Positions 16,705-31,885 of a stretch of 64,000 nt of DNA are shown one piece after another. The number at the start of each line of letters is the position of its first letter. Position 1 is the first letter of the stretch. Below the pieces are notes generated by a model. The model was not told the DNA's origin. It saw nothing but the letters and a program-made list of their open reading frames with translations, and made no database searches. This stretch comes from the human T2T-CHM13v2.0 reference genome, Homo sapiens, in NCBI RefSeq assembly GCF_009914755.1, contig NC_060927.1; one strand, 5' to 3'. The translations under genes and the position numbers were made by a program.

Positions 16705-16827
16705 ATCCTGGTTAGATAACAATGGGAAAAGTGCTGTTAAAAAGCTAAAGAACAGTTTGCCACTTAGAAAAGAACTAGATCGTTTAAAAGATGAACTGTC
16801 TCATCAATTGCAACTCTCAGATATCAG
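16705..16827 (+). CDS. TCAIM: TCAIM internal coding exon (SWLDNNGKSAVKKLKNSLPLRKELDRLKDELSHQLQLSDIR)
   Basis: Acceptor ctctctctttctag, donor AG|gtaaga; 123 nt, phase 2 to phase 2, no stops; joins the next exon in frame. Confidence 0.93.
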
Positions 16828-17012
16828 GTAAGAAAGAAGAGAGAACCTAATTTAGAAATTGAAATGAATATGAATTACCAACTGATAAGCTTTTCAGCAG
16901 CTAAATATTTGCATCTTTAATTGCTCTGATAACTGAGTACTCTTCAATTATCTTTATGAACATCATGAAATGTTCATCTGTGTAAGAAAACTCTTATTAA
17001 TTTCTTATTTTA

Positions 17013-17311
<299 letters not shown>

Positions 17312-17489
17312 ATTTATATATATGTTACTTCTTTCTTCTATATATAGATAAAGAAGTAAGGTTTGTTTAAGTACTGACATTTTTGGCGTAATAAACTTTT
17401 TTACATAATAAGTTTGTAAGAAAAATACCCTCTTCCATATACACATAATATATAAAAAATAATTATGCCCCCATCTTGTAAGATATTTA

Positions 17490-17630
<141 letters not shown>

Positions 17631-18463
17631 TTAAAAGGTTAGTATTTGAGTTTAAAAAGAGGAGGGGAGAGAGAAAATGGATGTTGTATTCTTGGTTTTA
17701 TATTATATAGCAGGACTTTTTAAGTAAGTTTTCATAAACTTGGAAATTGCAGTTATATAAAGATCCATGCTGAAATTTATTGTGGAATAGATTTAACAGT
17801 TCTTAAAACTGTAAGGAAGGGAAAAGGAGTCAGGTCATTCAGTCACTGGACTTCCCATCACTAGAACTAGGAAAAATCGTCATCCAGTCTTCATGTTTAA
17901 ACATCTTTGTTACTATTTGCAATAGCCTGTTTTGTTGTTTTCAATTCTCATTATTAGGACTTTTTTTTCTTATATTAAAACAAATGACTTGGGTACCATA
18001 AAAACACCTTTTTTTCCTGTGTTTACAGAGTACAGATAGTATTTACATGTTCTGTTCTTGTATAATCAAATCATCATAAGATAATTCAGAATTTCAAAGC
18101 ATTCTTTTAGACTTCCATGTGTGGAATGTTTGAATGTATGCATATATCCATTATTTTATCATCACACTAATCATTTTCAGATTAAACTTTATTATAGGGG
18201 TTTCTTCCCATTCCATAGTCTATTAGCATAAACTTTTCTAACTAAAAATAGTAAGATCATTTTTAAAAGTTTATAAGATAAATTAAGGTGCATGCAAATA
18301 ACTTTTTCTAATAGAAATTTTAAAAGATCTGTCAAAGCAGACTGGGGTTAGGAAAATGAAAGGATTTCTTAAACAAAAAAAGAAATAAACATTATTTTAC
18401 AGTATCATGGAGAAATTTCTCAGCTTTAATTTATATTATGGTAAATGTCAATAGATATAACCC

Positions 18464-18818
<355 letters not shown>

Positions 18819-19177
18819 CTAGTTTTCAATTTTTAAGAGTATAAAAGGGTCCCTGAGACTATAACATTTGAGGACCATGGGCATGAGGGCTTTTTTACTT
18901 GCTAAAAAATTAGCCAAAACTCCAGCAAACAGAAACATTAACTAATGACATTGTTTTTCATTCTAAACAGCCTATATAAAACACCATTTTTAACAAAAAC
19001 AGCATTTACTACCTTTGTCACTTAAATTTTTTAATTTCAAGTAATCAAAAATTAATATTCTTTGAAATTATATTTTACTTTTTAAATTGTAGTTTAAAGA
19101 AAAAAACAATTTTTTAAACAAGTTTTCATTTTATCAGAAATGACATTCATCAGAATTAGTATTAGGATAAAAGAAGA

Positions 19178-19400
19178 ACCTACGTTTCTTGAGCGCCTGT
19201 TTTGAATGCCTGACTCCTTCACACACATTACCTCCTTTGATGCCTACTATCTGTGTAGCAGGAAACATCCTCACTTTGCAAGCATGAAAGTGAAAACCTT
19301 AGGAAGGCTAAAAGCAGCTTGTTCAAGGTCACAGAGCTAGTAAACCACAGAATTAGAATTCCAAGGTGGGTTTTCTGACAGCACTCGAGACCGGTGCTCT
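19178..19400 (-). mobile_element. MIR
   Basis: Core aaggtcacagagctagtaa is the reverse complement of the MIR core. Confidence 0.65.
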
Positions 19401-19540
19401 TCAGTTACACAGCAGGGCCTCTGACATCGTGTCAGTGTCAGGTTCCATGTGTCACTGAGGCTTAATATTAATTTATAAAATGAGCAGATTACATGATTTC
19501 ATCAAAATCACTTTCTCTAGAATGAGATAAAAAGAACCTG

Positions 19541-19838
19541 AGGTCAGGTACGGTGGCTCACGCCTGTAATCCCAGCACTCTGGGAGGCCAAGGCGGGTGG
19601 ATCACTTGAGCCCAGGTGTTGAAGACCAGCCTAAGCAACATGGTGAAACCCTGTCTCTACAAAAAAATTTATTTAAGTAGCCGGCCATGGTGGCACATGC
19701 CTTTAGTCCCAGCTACTCGTGAGGCTGAGGTAGGAGGATCTCTTGAGCAGAGGAGGTCAAGGCTGCAGTGAGCCGTGATTACACCACTGCACTCCCGCCT
19801 GGGCGACAGAGTGAGACTCTGTCTCAAAAACAAAAAAG
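19541..19838 (+). mobile_element. AluJ/S
   Basis: Dimer; TSD agaacctga. Confidence 0.88.
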
Positions 19839-20238
19839 AGAACCTGATAAACCTAACTGGAATTCGTAGTTGGAACTTGAATCTAAAACAAAACCATCGT
19901 CATTGTAACAATGTGAAAAAGAAAAACACTTTTTTCAAAGTTTTCCCATTTCATCATCTTATTTTTAAATAGAAACATCTTATATTTGCTTATTTTAAAT
20001 CTTTGGATACCTGAACATAGTAGTAATATTTCTGCCCTCTGGTAAACAATTCATTTTCCATTTGGTTGCTTTTTTAAAAATTAGCTAGCTTAGAAACATA
20101 TGATCAATCAAAACATGTTATGTGTGTGCTTCAAAAAGAGACTCATTGGCTTTCCAAGGACTCCAGTAGTTGTGGTGGGTGCTCGCTCCGTCTTCAGGGT
20201 GCCACTTGTTAACATGCGTGTGTGCTCTGTTGGCCTAG

Positions 20239-20336
20239 GTGGCAGAGGAGCTGGGGCATCGCCCACCGCTGTAGCCAGCTGCATAGTTTAAGCCGCTTAG
20301 CACAGCAGAATTTGGAAACACTTAAAAAAGCAAAAG
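20239..20336 (+). CDS. TCAIM: TCAIM coding exon (WQRSWGIAHRCSQLHSLSRLAQQNLETLKKAK)
   Basis: Acceptor tggcctag, donor AAG|gtaaac; 98 nt, phase 2 to phase 1; open frame. Confidence 0.93.
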
Positions 20337-20581
20337 GTAAACATTTTCCATTTTCTTTTAAAAAATCACTTAGCTGCTATGTACGTCTATAAATTTTAAT
20401 GGAAAAACCAAATAACTTTATCACAGCTGAACTTTTAAATCTGTTCTTTGAATAAAGCAGTGGCATAAAATTAGCCTTTAAGCTTCTACTGAATTTAATC
20501 CTGGGTTTATACACTATTTGCACAATGCTGAAAGAATGAAGCACCTCGACCATGACCAAAGGTTTTGTGTTTTGTCATCAG

Positions 20582-20673
20582 GGTGTACAATCATATTTAC
20601 AGACCGTTCTGGCATGAGTGCAGTGGGCCATGTGATGCTAGGAACAATGGATGTCCATCACCACTGGACAAAA
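20582..20673 (+). CDS. TCAIM: TCAIM coding exon (GCTIIFTDRSGMSAVGHVMLGTMDVHHHWTK)
   Basis: Acceptor ttttgtcatcag, donor AAA|gtaaga; 92 nt, phase 1 to phase 0; lies within ORF 20518..20835. Confidence 0.94.
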
Positions 20674-20959
20674 GTAAGAAAGAGCCTTAAAATTAAAAAC
20701 TCCTTGTCATTCATAAACTTTCATTTCCAACAATGCTGTAATGTTAAGGGACTAAAAAAAGGTTTGTTGTGTTTTTGTTTTTGTTTTTTAATGTTTTTAA
20801 TCGCAGTATCAGCTGTTTTCAGATCAGATGCTTAAATACCATGTACTTAAAATACTTAAGAGGAAAGACTGATTTTTAAGGCAGTTTTTATCTGGTAATA
20901 TTGCATTCTTTTCTGAAGCACAGCCTGAAAGCCTATATTCTGTTTTGTTTTACTTGTTC

Positions 20960-21710
20960 TTAACAGATTTATTGAGGTATAACTGACATTTAATAAACTG
21001 CACATGTTTCTTGTGTGTTATTTGGTAAGTTTTGACATATTATGTATGCCCATGAAGCCATTATCACAGTCAAGATAGCAAACGTATCCAACAACTGGGC
21101 ATATATGTGAGCATATGGCCCTTTGTAAACACTCCCTCCCATCCCACCACCCCCTCTCCAAGCAACCACTGGTCTGCTTTCTGTTACTATAGATTAGTTT
21201 TGGAGTTTTTCATAAGTGGAATCATAGGGCTTGCAAACTTTTGTGTCTGGTTTCTTTCACTGTCTCATTTTGAGATTCATCCATGTGGTTGCATGTATTG
21301 GGAGTTTATTCCTTTTTATTACTGCGTACTATTTCATGGTATAAATATACCACAGTTTGTTTATTCATTCACCTGTTGATGAACATAGGGTCGTATCACT
21401 TTGTGACTATTACAAATAAAGCTGCTGTGAACATTTGTGCACAAATATATGGACATATATTTCCTTTCTCTTGGGTAAATACCTAGAATAGAATGGCTGG
21501 ATCATATGGTAGAGCATTTTAACTTTTTAAAAAACTGCCAACACTTAACTATGGTCATCTTTTTAATTTTAGTCAGTCTAATAGCTCTGTGGTACAATCT
21601 CATTCAATGTGTAATTTGCATTTCTCTAATAATAAATAATGGTGAGCATCTTTTCATGTGCTTATTTGTCATCCACATATCTTCTTTAGTGAAGCGTCTG
21701 TTCAAATCAA
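20960..21710 (-). mobile_element. L1M 3' fragment
   Basis: Antisense L1 3' end and ORF2 terminus motifs. Confidence 0.7.
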
Positions 21711-21982
21711 ATATTTATTTGGTAGAAATATTTGCAAACCGTATATCGGACAAAGACATTATATCTAGAATATATTTTCAAACTCTCAAATTTCAGCAGG
21801 AAGAGAAAAAACCAATCCAACTAAAAAAGGGCAATCTAAAACTCTCAAAATTCAGCAGAAAAAAAAAAACAACTAAAAAGGGCTACTAGAAAAACCAATC
21901 CAACCAAAAACGGTGACATGAAATGACATGTTGCCAAAGAGAACGTACAGATGACATGTAAGCACATAAAAACATGTTTATT

Positions 21983-22393
<411 letters not shown>

Positions 22394-23319
22394 TTACATG
22401 CTGATAAGAATGCAGAAAAAATAGGTCATTCATGCATTGCTGATGGGAATGTAAAGTGGTACAGGCATTCTGGAAAAAGATTATAATGGTTTCTTACAAA
22501 ACTAAACATGACCCAGCAGTCACCCTTGGGTATTTACAGCAGAGAAATGAAAAATTATGTTCACACAAACACCTGTACATGAATGTTTATAATAGCCAAA
22601 AACTAGGAAAAAATGAATTTTCTTCAGTGTGTGAATAGCTAAACAAACTGGTACATCCATACCATAGGATTCTACTCAGCAATGAAAAGGAATGAGCTAT
22701 TGATACATGCAGCAACTGGATGGATCTTAAGGGCATTGTGCTGAGTGAAAAAGTCAGTCTCAAAAGGTTACAAACTGTATGATTATATTTACATAACACC
22801 CTTGAAATAATAAAATGATAGAAAGGAAGGAAAGATTAGTGGTTGCCAGGAAGTAGAGAGAGGGGAGCAGAGGTGTCAGTGCTATAAACGGGATCCCTGT
22901 GATGGAACTCCTGTGTGTTTTGACTGTGGCAGTGTCACACGGCTCTGTACACATATAATAAAATGAATACACGTGTGAAAAATACACAAACGCATGCAAG
23001 TAAAACTGATGAACTCTGAGTAAGATTAATGAATTGTATCAATGTCAATTTCCTGGTTGTGATATTATGGCAATAATTGTATAAGATGTACTATTAAGTG
23101 AAAGGTATATGAATCTACAATTATCTCAAAATAAAAAGCTTTTAAAATGTAGTTACCATATATACATGAGTAACCCATGGAAAAATTGAAAAATAGGGAG
23201 TAAAATTATTTTCCACAAGATGTTAAAAGTAGATTATAAATAATTTGTAGAATTTTTACATAGCTATTGCTTTTATTATAGCAGAGTTTTTAATGCCTTC
23301 CAACTCTTCTAAAAGGCCC

Positions 23320-23790
23320 TGGCTTTTAATAGAAAATCTTAAGTCCTTAGTGGTCCTTCCCTGACCCAGCCCCTACGTCCCCCTTCAGCCCTTCTCTTTC
23401 CACTCAATCGCAGCAGGTCACATGCCAGCCATACCAAACTCCTTATTGTTTCCAAACATGCTGTTCCTTTTCATGGTTCCATATTTGCACATGCTCTTTT
23501 TCCTTCCCCCAAAACATCCCTTACATTCATGTGCCATTTCTAAATCTTACTTAATGTTTAAGATTGATTAAATTAGACTCCCTTAGAAACCTTTGCCTGA
23601 ACCTCCTCTGTATCCACTCAGCCTGATTTGGCATTTAGCATGCTAAATTCGGATTTTTGTTTCCTTGTACCCCAACTGTGAGTCCCAGCCAAACAGGGAC
23701 AAACTCTTATAATCTGTACACTTGAAGTGTCCAGCTCAGTGCTTACGTATATGGTAGGTGCGCAATCATATTTATTGCACTTAATTGTAT
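23320..23790 (+). mobile_element. L2 3' fragment
   Basis: Ends ggtaggtgcgcaatcatatttattg (L2 terminus). Confidence 0.55.
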
Positions 23791-24197
23791 TTAGTTGCTT
23801 TAAAGTAAATTTTGAAGGAATAGACTGAGTTGAAATACATACACTTTATTTCTAAAACTTTTCTTTATGCCATTTAATAATTCTAAACTAATTTAAGATT
23901 CTTACCTAAATATTTAAATATTAGTGCTTAGGATTAGGACTTACTTTCATTTGGAGCATATTTTTTTTTGGAACCTCACAAATTCCCATCTAAAAATCCC
24001 AAAGATTTACAGTGGCTTGTTTTGAATATTAATATTTCCAGCATTACATTAAGTTTTTTTATCTCTTACTTGAACTTTCCTTCAATGAAAATCATTTTCT
24101 TGTTAAAAATGTCTTAATGCCATTTATTGGAATTCTAAAATTAAATTATTATAGTAACATAAAACTAATTATTTCTTTCCCTTTGTTAACACTGTAG

Positions 24198-24430
24198 CTT
24201 TTTGAAAGATTGCCAAGTTATTTTGACCTTCAGAGGAGGCTGATGATTTTAGAAGACCAAATAAGCTATCTTTTAGGTGGCATACAAGTTGTTTATATTG
24301 AAGAATTACAGCCAGTATTGACACTTGAAGAATATTACTCTCTTCTTGATGTGTTTTATAATAGACTGTTGAAAAGTAGAATACTATTTCACCCTCGAAG
24401 TTTGCGTGGTTTACAAATGATCCTTAACAG
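24198..24430 (+). CDS. TCAIM: TCAIM coding exon (LFERLPSYFDLQRRLMILEDQ...RSLRGLQMILNS)
   Basis: Acceptor aacactgtag, donor CAG|gtaaat; 233 nt, phase 0 to phase 2; matches ORF 24210..24434. Confidence 0.95.
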
Positions 24431-24714
24431 GTAAATATCTAAGATAGAAGGATTACTTTTATTCCTTCGTCTAGGTGGGTTGTGTGTGTAAATGCATTAA
24501 ATTGTTTTGTATTTCAATGGGTAGTTCTTAGGAATTAAAGAAAAAAATGCCACTACTTGTGTTAGCAACCCTCTTCTACACACTAGAAAAGCCAGCATGG
24601 GAGGATTGAAGGATTTAATGTCTAGAACATTCTTTGAATATATTGCTGAGCAGATTTACTGGGCAAAGTCAATCCAATGGAAAACATTATAAGATTAAAC
24701 TAATAGTAAATCAG

Positions 24715-24870
24715 TAGCCAACATTTGTGGTGTATACACTGTTTGCCGAGCACTGTGCTGGGTACTTATATGCATTCTGTCTTTAGCTCTCACAACCTCA
24801 CTGTGCAGCAGGTCACCCCTGGCATGTGACAGATAAGGAAGGTCAGAGGGCTTGCAAGTAGGTCGTGATC
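24715..24870 (-). mobile_element. MIR fragment
   Basis: gcactgtgctggg...ctcacaacc...acagataaggaa motifs. Confidence 0.5.
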
Positions 24871-25045
24871 TTCTGAAGAAGTGTGTCTTTGGGGGCAGCA
24901 AAGCTTTAAGTCAATGTTGCTGTACTTTTGAGGTGGCTTTTCTTGATGATTTTTTTTTATTTTCCTGAAGACTAATAAAATATTTTCTCTGGTGGGGGAG
25001 AGGAGAGGGTCAGTGGTTTTTCCTTTAATGTATATTTTATTGCAG

Positions 25046-25177
25046 TGACAGATATGCTCCAAGCTTGCATGAACTCGGGCATTTTAATATTCCAACACTC
25101 TGTGATCCAGCAAATCTCCAGTGGTTTATTCTCACCAAAGCTCAGCAGGCAAGAGAGAACATGAAAAGAAAGGAAGA
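25046..25177 (+). CDS. TCAIM: TCAIM coding exon (DRYAPSLHELGHFNIPTLCDPANLQWFILTKAQQARENMKRKE)
   Basis: Acceptor ttttattgcag, donor GA|gtaagt; 132 nt, phase 2 to phase 2; open frame. Confidence 0.94.
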
Positions 25178-25591
25178 GTAAGTACTGCCAGTCTTCTGTA
25201 AAGTCAGATCATTCAGTCTAACTGAAAACCTCAGATATTTGGAACTCATAAATATGGGACCTGGAAACAGTATGAAGCTTAGGAAATTGACTAATTATTA
25301 GATATTCCATATTTATTTCTTCCCTACCTAAATTATATTACCACCACGGACCTCAGTTTGAGAAGTACAGCTTCTTAATATAAAAGTCAATTCAGAAACA
25401 GAATGAAAAATAAGAATATCAGCAAGGAATTTTCCAGATGGAAAAGACTGACAACAAGGAAAAATATTGGTTATTTCTTGATTAACAGGAATCTTTATTG
25501 TTTTAAAATTTTCAAACTGTTGATATAAAAAGAACTTTATCTGTATCTTGATTAAGTTGAGAAGAAAACTTAAAGTACAAAACTCATCTTA

Positions 25592-25887
<296 letters not shown>

Positions 25888-25965
25888 TTAACTATTGATA
25901 TAAATAAAACTTTATCTGCATTTTAATTAACTTGAGAAGAAACCTTAAAGCAAAAAATCATTTTA

Positions 25966-26260
25966 GGCCGTGCACAGTGGCTCAAGCCTGTAATCCCAGC
26001 ACTTTAGGAGGCCAAGGCAAGGAGATCACTTGAGCCCAGGAGTTCAAGACCAGTCTAGGCAACATGGTGAAACCCTGGGCAATATGGTGGGGAAAAAAAA
26101 AAAAAATTAGCCAGGCATGGCACCATGCCTGTATCCCAGCTACTCAGGAGGCTGAGGTGGGAGGATTGATTGAGCCTGGGTGGTCAAGGCTGCAGTGAGC
26201 TGTGATCACACCTCTGTACTCCAGCCTGGGTGACATAATGAAATCCTTTCTCAAAAAAAT
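25966..26260 (+). mobile_element. AluJ-like
   Basis: Dimer with AluJ diagnostics; TSD atcattttag. Confidence 0.86.
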
Positions 26261-26829
26261 ATATGTATCATTTTAGTTCCTAAGCAGTATTGTTTTTATG
26301 TTGTTTGTATCTTTGAAGGAGTCCTATTATAGCCAACAGTTTCCTGTTTTGTAGGTGGTAAGATATTGCTTGATAATGTTTTATGTATCACTTGTGAAGA
26401 AATGAAGTCATTTACTTAGCCAGCATTTACTGTGACTGTTACGTGCCCAAAGCTGAGATCAATGCCATTGATAGAAAGACTCAGACATGATCTCTGCCTC
26501 CTGGAATTGTTTCTAGTAGGAGATGTGAGTGCTGTAAATTTGCCAGTGGTAGCTGGAGCACAGTCAAGTGGGAAGAGCCAAAGCTGACACCCTGGTAGCA
26601 TAGGGGACAAGGGAAGGCAACAGCAGGGAACAGGATGGAAGCTGGAGAGAATGCCATTCCACATGTCCATGGAGGGAAGTTTCAAGGAGAAGAGAAGAGG
26701 ACAGGGTGATGGAACCTGGTTGTTTAGCAGGGTGCCAGTGGAAGCAGTTCTCCCGCCTTACCGTTCATTTGAGGCTCAGTTTCCACAAAGTACTCATTTA
26801 AAAAGCCAGGAATCTTAAATATAGAGAGA

Positions 26830-27185
<356 letters not shown>

Positions 27186-27529
27186 TCATTTTATATATAA
27201 AGTAAATGAAGGAGCAGCATCTCTTTTGTTTTCCTGTTTTCCTTATGGAATTGATGACAACTCGGTAGGCCAGATCCTATCACACCCTACCTCTTGATTG
27301 GTTGTTAAGTATTTGTTCATGCTATTTCTTTTCTAAATTTTACATCTGCTTTAACCCTCAAGAGCAATTCTAGCCAACTGTTCATCATTAGGACTGATTA
27401 TTTTGTTTGCTATAACCTATCGGCTGCTTTTTCTCTTTTTCTCTATGGCCATTATATAGCTTTGGAGTAATGCTTATTAGATTGTGAGAAAGGAAAGTAA
27501 AAATAAAAAAATTCAAATAGGTCAATTTG

Positions 27530-28270
27530 TGAATGTTCCGTCCTACCAGTTGCTCAGGCGAATAAAAACCCATGAATCATCTTGATTCCTCTCCCCTGTC
27601 TCACTCCCTACCCCAGTCCACCTTCAGAGCAGACATGGAAAGAAACTCACCTCTTCTCCTTTCCTTTCCTGCTGCACCTGGTCTGAGCCTCTATCATTTT
27701 GTGATGGCCTCTTGTCTGGTCTTCAGGCTTCCACACTCAGCATCTCCCCAACCCCGCAGTGGACTCTCGTCAGAGCAGCAGTGGGAACCTAGTCAGAGCT
27801 GTCACTCCTCTGCCCAGTGCCCACAGACCCTCTGCCCACTCCCTTGCTTCTCTCAGCTCAGCTCCTGGGACTCTCCTCTCACTCGTTCTGCTCCAGCCTT
27901 TTTATAGTCCTCGGGCACTCTTGACATGTTATCCACTCCTGGGCCTGTGTGCCTTCCCCCAGCCTGAGGCACTCCTTCCTCAGAAATCTCAGCTTCCTCA
28001 GGCCCTGCTCACATTCCACCTTCTCTGGCCACACAACTCGAAGCATGGAGTCCCCACCCTCTGCTGCACTCCCCTCTCCACCTCAGCTGGCCTGCCTTTC
28101 TCCATCCACCTCAGCAAATTTGCTGTTTCCTTATTAATGTATTCTCTCTCTCTCCTTCCCAACAGAAGGTAAGCCCACTGAGGGAAGACTTCAGTCTATT
28201 TTGTTCCCTCCGGTGCCAACTGGGATGGGTGCCTGGCACACAGGGGGCCTTCAGGAAATACCGATTGACC
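27530..28270 (+). mobile_element. L2 fragment
   Basis: Pyrimidine-rich L2 body ending gtgcctggcacacagggggccttcaggaaata. Confidence 0.55.
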
Positions 28271-28616
28271 TTTCACCTGCTTCCTTAGCCTTTTTCTGGC
28301 TCTGGGCCCCAGAGTCCTCATCCCTATACTTAGCCCCCAAGAAGAGAAAGCACTTGCTGTTGGTCCCAACCTTCCTTCCTGCTCAGTCATCATCCTCATG
28401 CCCCTGACTCTGGGCCCAGGAGCCTCTCCTCGCCTTTGCTGTCTTTCCTTCCTTTGCTCTGCTGTCCCTGCCCTAGTAAGACACCTTCATTATATTCGAA
28501 GAGCAGTGATGAAGACTAACTTCTTTCCTTCAGTGAAGCATGTTCCTAGAGAGTGGTTTTCAGATACTTTTTCACTTATAAGGTGGATTCTTAAGTGGAA
28601 ACATAGTTTATTTTTA

Positions 28617-28695
28617 TTAGGTTGGTGCAAAAGTAATTGCAGTTTTTGCCATTTTTTTATGGCAAAAAACTGCAATTACTTTTGCACCAACCTAA
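28617..28695. mobile_element. MADE1 (Hsmar1-derived MITE)
   Basis: TTAGGTTGGTGCAAAAGTAATTGC terminal inverted repeats; 79 bp; TA TSD. Confidence 0.93.
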
Positions 28696-29142
28696 TAAAA
28701 AAGATTAAAGCTCTCAGCTGTTCTAGTTCAAAAGAAAAGGAGCCAGAGGCCACCCATGCTCACAGGGTCCTCACAGTAGCAGCTCTGCTGGACTCTCAGC
28801 TTGCTGAATAGTTAGAAAAAGGGAAAAAACCCACACTATTCTAAGCTAGTATGTACAACCCACATGACCATCCCAAAACTGTGTGACTTGTAGCTCCTGT
28901 CTCTTGGCATTGCCTGGCTGGCATATAGACAGTATTTGCTGCCTGTGGAACCCCCAGTCCTTTGGAGGCTGGTGATAACCTAGTTCACAGTTCTTCTGTA
29001 GGGTGGTAATAACCCAGAGTAACCTGCACCTGAGAATCAACCAGCTCTCCCTAGCAGGGGCATTCCTCACTTTATGTTTTTATAGTAACCCACTCAGATG
29101 TTTCCTTTTACTCTATATCATATATTTCAAATTTTAAAATCA

Positions 29143-29813
<671 letters not shown>

Positions 29814-31280
29814 TTAATCTCATGCTGACTGCAGAGGCACCCAAGGATGAGGAAAGGCTGGTACACGTTATTTTCCTGTTGAGGGGACAACCCTGGGCAA
29901 CCTTAACAAGGGCTGCCTTCTCAATGCTTCTCTAAGATTGTACCTCAGAAGAACTGATGGGTTCTCCTGATATAAAGCTTGTGACCCATGGGTCTGGGAA
30001 ACCTGGAGATGAGACTGTAGGCTTCTCCTAAAAGGAATGAAAATGAGAGTCTTGCCCAGATTTTAAAGATATATTGTTGGAGAACTATGCAGCAACATGG
30101 TCACACTACAAGGCTTTTCACTTCCAAGCATGGTTGTTAATATCTTTTCTTGACAAGTGAAAAATCCCTTTACAGAAAAAGTTACTCATCCCCTGCTATT
30201 GATAGAAGTTTAAGGGTTCTTTCTGTCTAATCCTGGAGAGATTAGAAGCAGGCCCAGCTGTGAAACATTTGCAGAACCATCAGCCCTGACTGCTGTCTGT
30301 CTGCTTGAATCTCTAAGCAGCACTGTGTAGGGGAATAATCTTACAGAAAAAGCAAACAGCACTTAAGAAAGTGATCAGTATTATAGGCCATGATAACTAA
30401 CTGCTATGACCATTTCTGTTTTTTACTGTCTAGTTTATGGAAATTTTATAGTACCTACTTTTCTATGCAGTGTTTAAGGGTGATTAAATGTAAGATATTT
30501 GGACATTTTAAACCAATGAAGTATTTTAAATAGACTGGTTCAGGGACACGACCATGGCAGTTTTGCTTTATTCACGTTGTTAAATGGGCTTGCTGAGTAA
30601 CTCATGTGTTGGTCTAGATGTAGCACATTGAATCCACTTATCAAAACACTGTATCCCTAAGCACTTGCCACCTGTGGGAGAAAGTATTTGAGACACTGAG
30701 TTCTGCCTAGAGTTGTATACTTTGTAGACCTGAACTGAAGCCCCTGATGGAATAAGAGAGTTGTAACCTCAGGCAGAGGGGAGGGAACAGACAGGGGGCT
30801 GGTGAGGTAGGAGAGTAAGAGTGAAGAGAACCTGTCCTCCTCAGGATCCTGGTTTTCTGTGAGCCTGCTTTTATCTGGGAAATCTTTAGACAGCATTACT
30901 TCCCAAGGGTTAAACTTTAGGTGGGTCCTAAAACTAGGGGTTTTATATTCTTCATTTTCTCCTTCCTTCAGTCACTAACAGCTGCTAGGTAAGGCAATAT
31001 AAGAGCTTTTTTAAATTTATGTTATTTTTAGCCCTTTACTGCTAAAAACATTAACAAATACTTTTAGAGATCCATGTGACAGTAACTCAAAAGATTTAAC
31101 AATGATGGCTATTGGCGTGTCTTCCAAACGTATAATTTGGCCTTTGTGGGTGGCATTTTCAGTGTTGTGAGTGCACAGTTAGGGCCCCAACATGTAAGAA
31201 TATATTTACATTGTGTGTTCTTTTGTTTGGTTATGACAATATTTGTTCTTATGACAATATTTTTATTTTCTATATAATAG

Positions 31281-31521
31281 GTTAAAGGTTATTGAAAATG
31301 AATTGATACAGGCATCAACAAAGAAATTTTCTTTGGAGAAGTTATATAAAGAGCCCAGCATTTCTAGTATACAAATGGTGGATTGTTGTAAGAGACTTCT
31401 AGAACAATCACTGCCTTACCTACATGGGATGCACCTCTGCATTTCACATTTTTACTCTGTTATGCAAGATGGAGACCTTTGTATTCCTTGGAATTGGAAG
31501 AATGGAGAAGCCATTAAGTAA
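31281..31521 (+). CDS. TCAIM: TCAIM last coding exon (LKVIENELIQASTKKFSLEK...DGDLCIPWNWKNGEAIK*); T-cell activation inhibitor, mitochondrial (C3orf23)
   Basis: Acceptor tatataatag; GA+G completes a Glu codon; TAA at 31519-31521; C-terminus matches the TCAIM sequence as I recall it. Confidence 0.95.
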
Positions 31522-31692
31522 CACAGAAATCTGTTTTATTTTTTTAAGAGATAAGAAAGGAACTTAAATTAAAAATATTTAAATCCACAATTTGATATAA
31601 CAGTATTATTTACATAAGAACAAAGTTTCTAACTGCTGCTTTAAAAGTAGACTTTTTTAAAAAAATTAATTTCTGCTAGGAGAGGTTTTATA

Positions 31693-31885
31693 TGCCAGGC
31701 GTGGTGGCTCATGCCTGCGGTCCCAGCTACTTAGGGAGGCTAAGATAGGAGGATCACTTGAGCCCAGGAGGCCAAGGTTGCAGTGGGCCCAGATTGCACC
31801 ATTGCCCTCCAGCCTGAGCAACAGAACAAGACCTTGTCTCAAAAAATAATAATGATAATTTAAAATAAATAAGTAACTAATAAAA
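31693..31885 (+). mobile_element. Alu right monomer (FRAM/AluJ-like) in the TCAIM 3' UTR
   Basis: Right arm and A-rich tail; ttttata TSD-like flanks. Confidence 0.82.

Noticed and set aside
21600-21800. Junction of oppositely oriented L1 pieces resembling twin priming
   Set aside because: Each piece has its own outward-facing 3' end of apparently different type, so these are two insertions.
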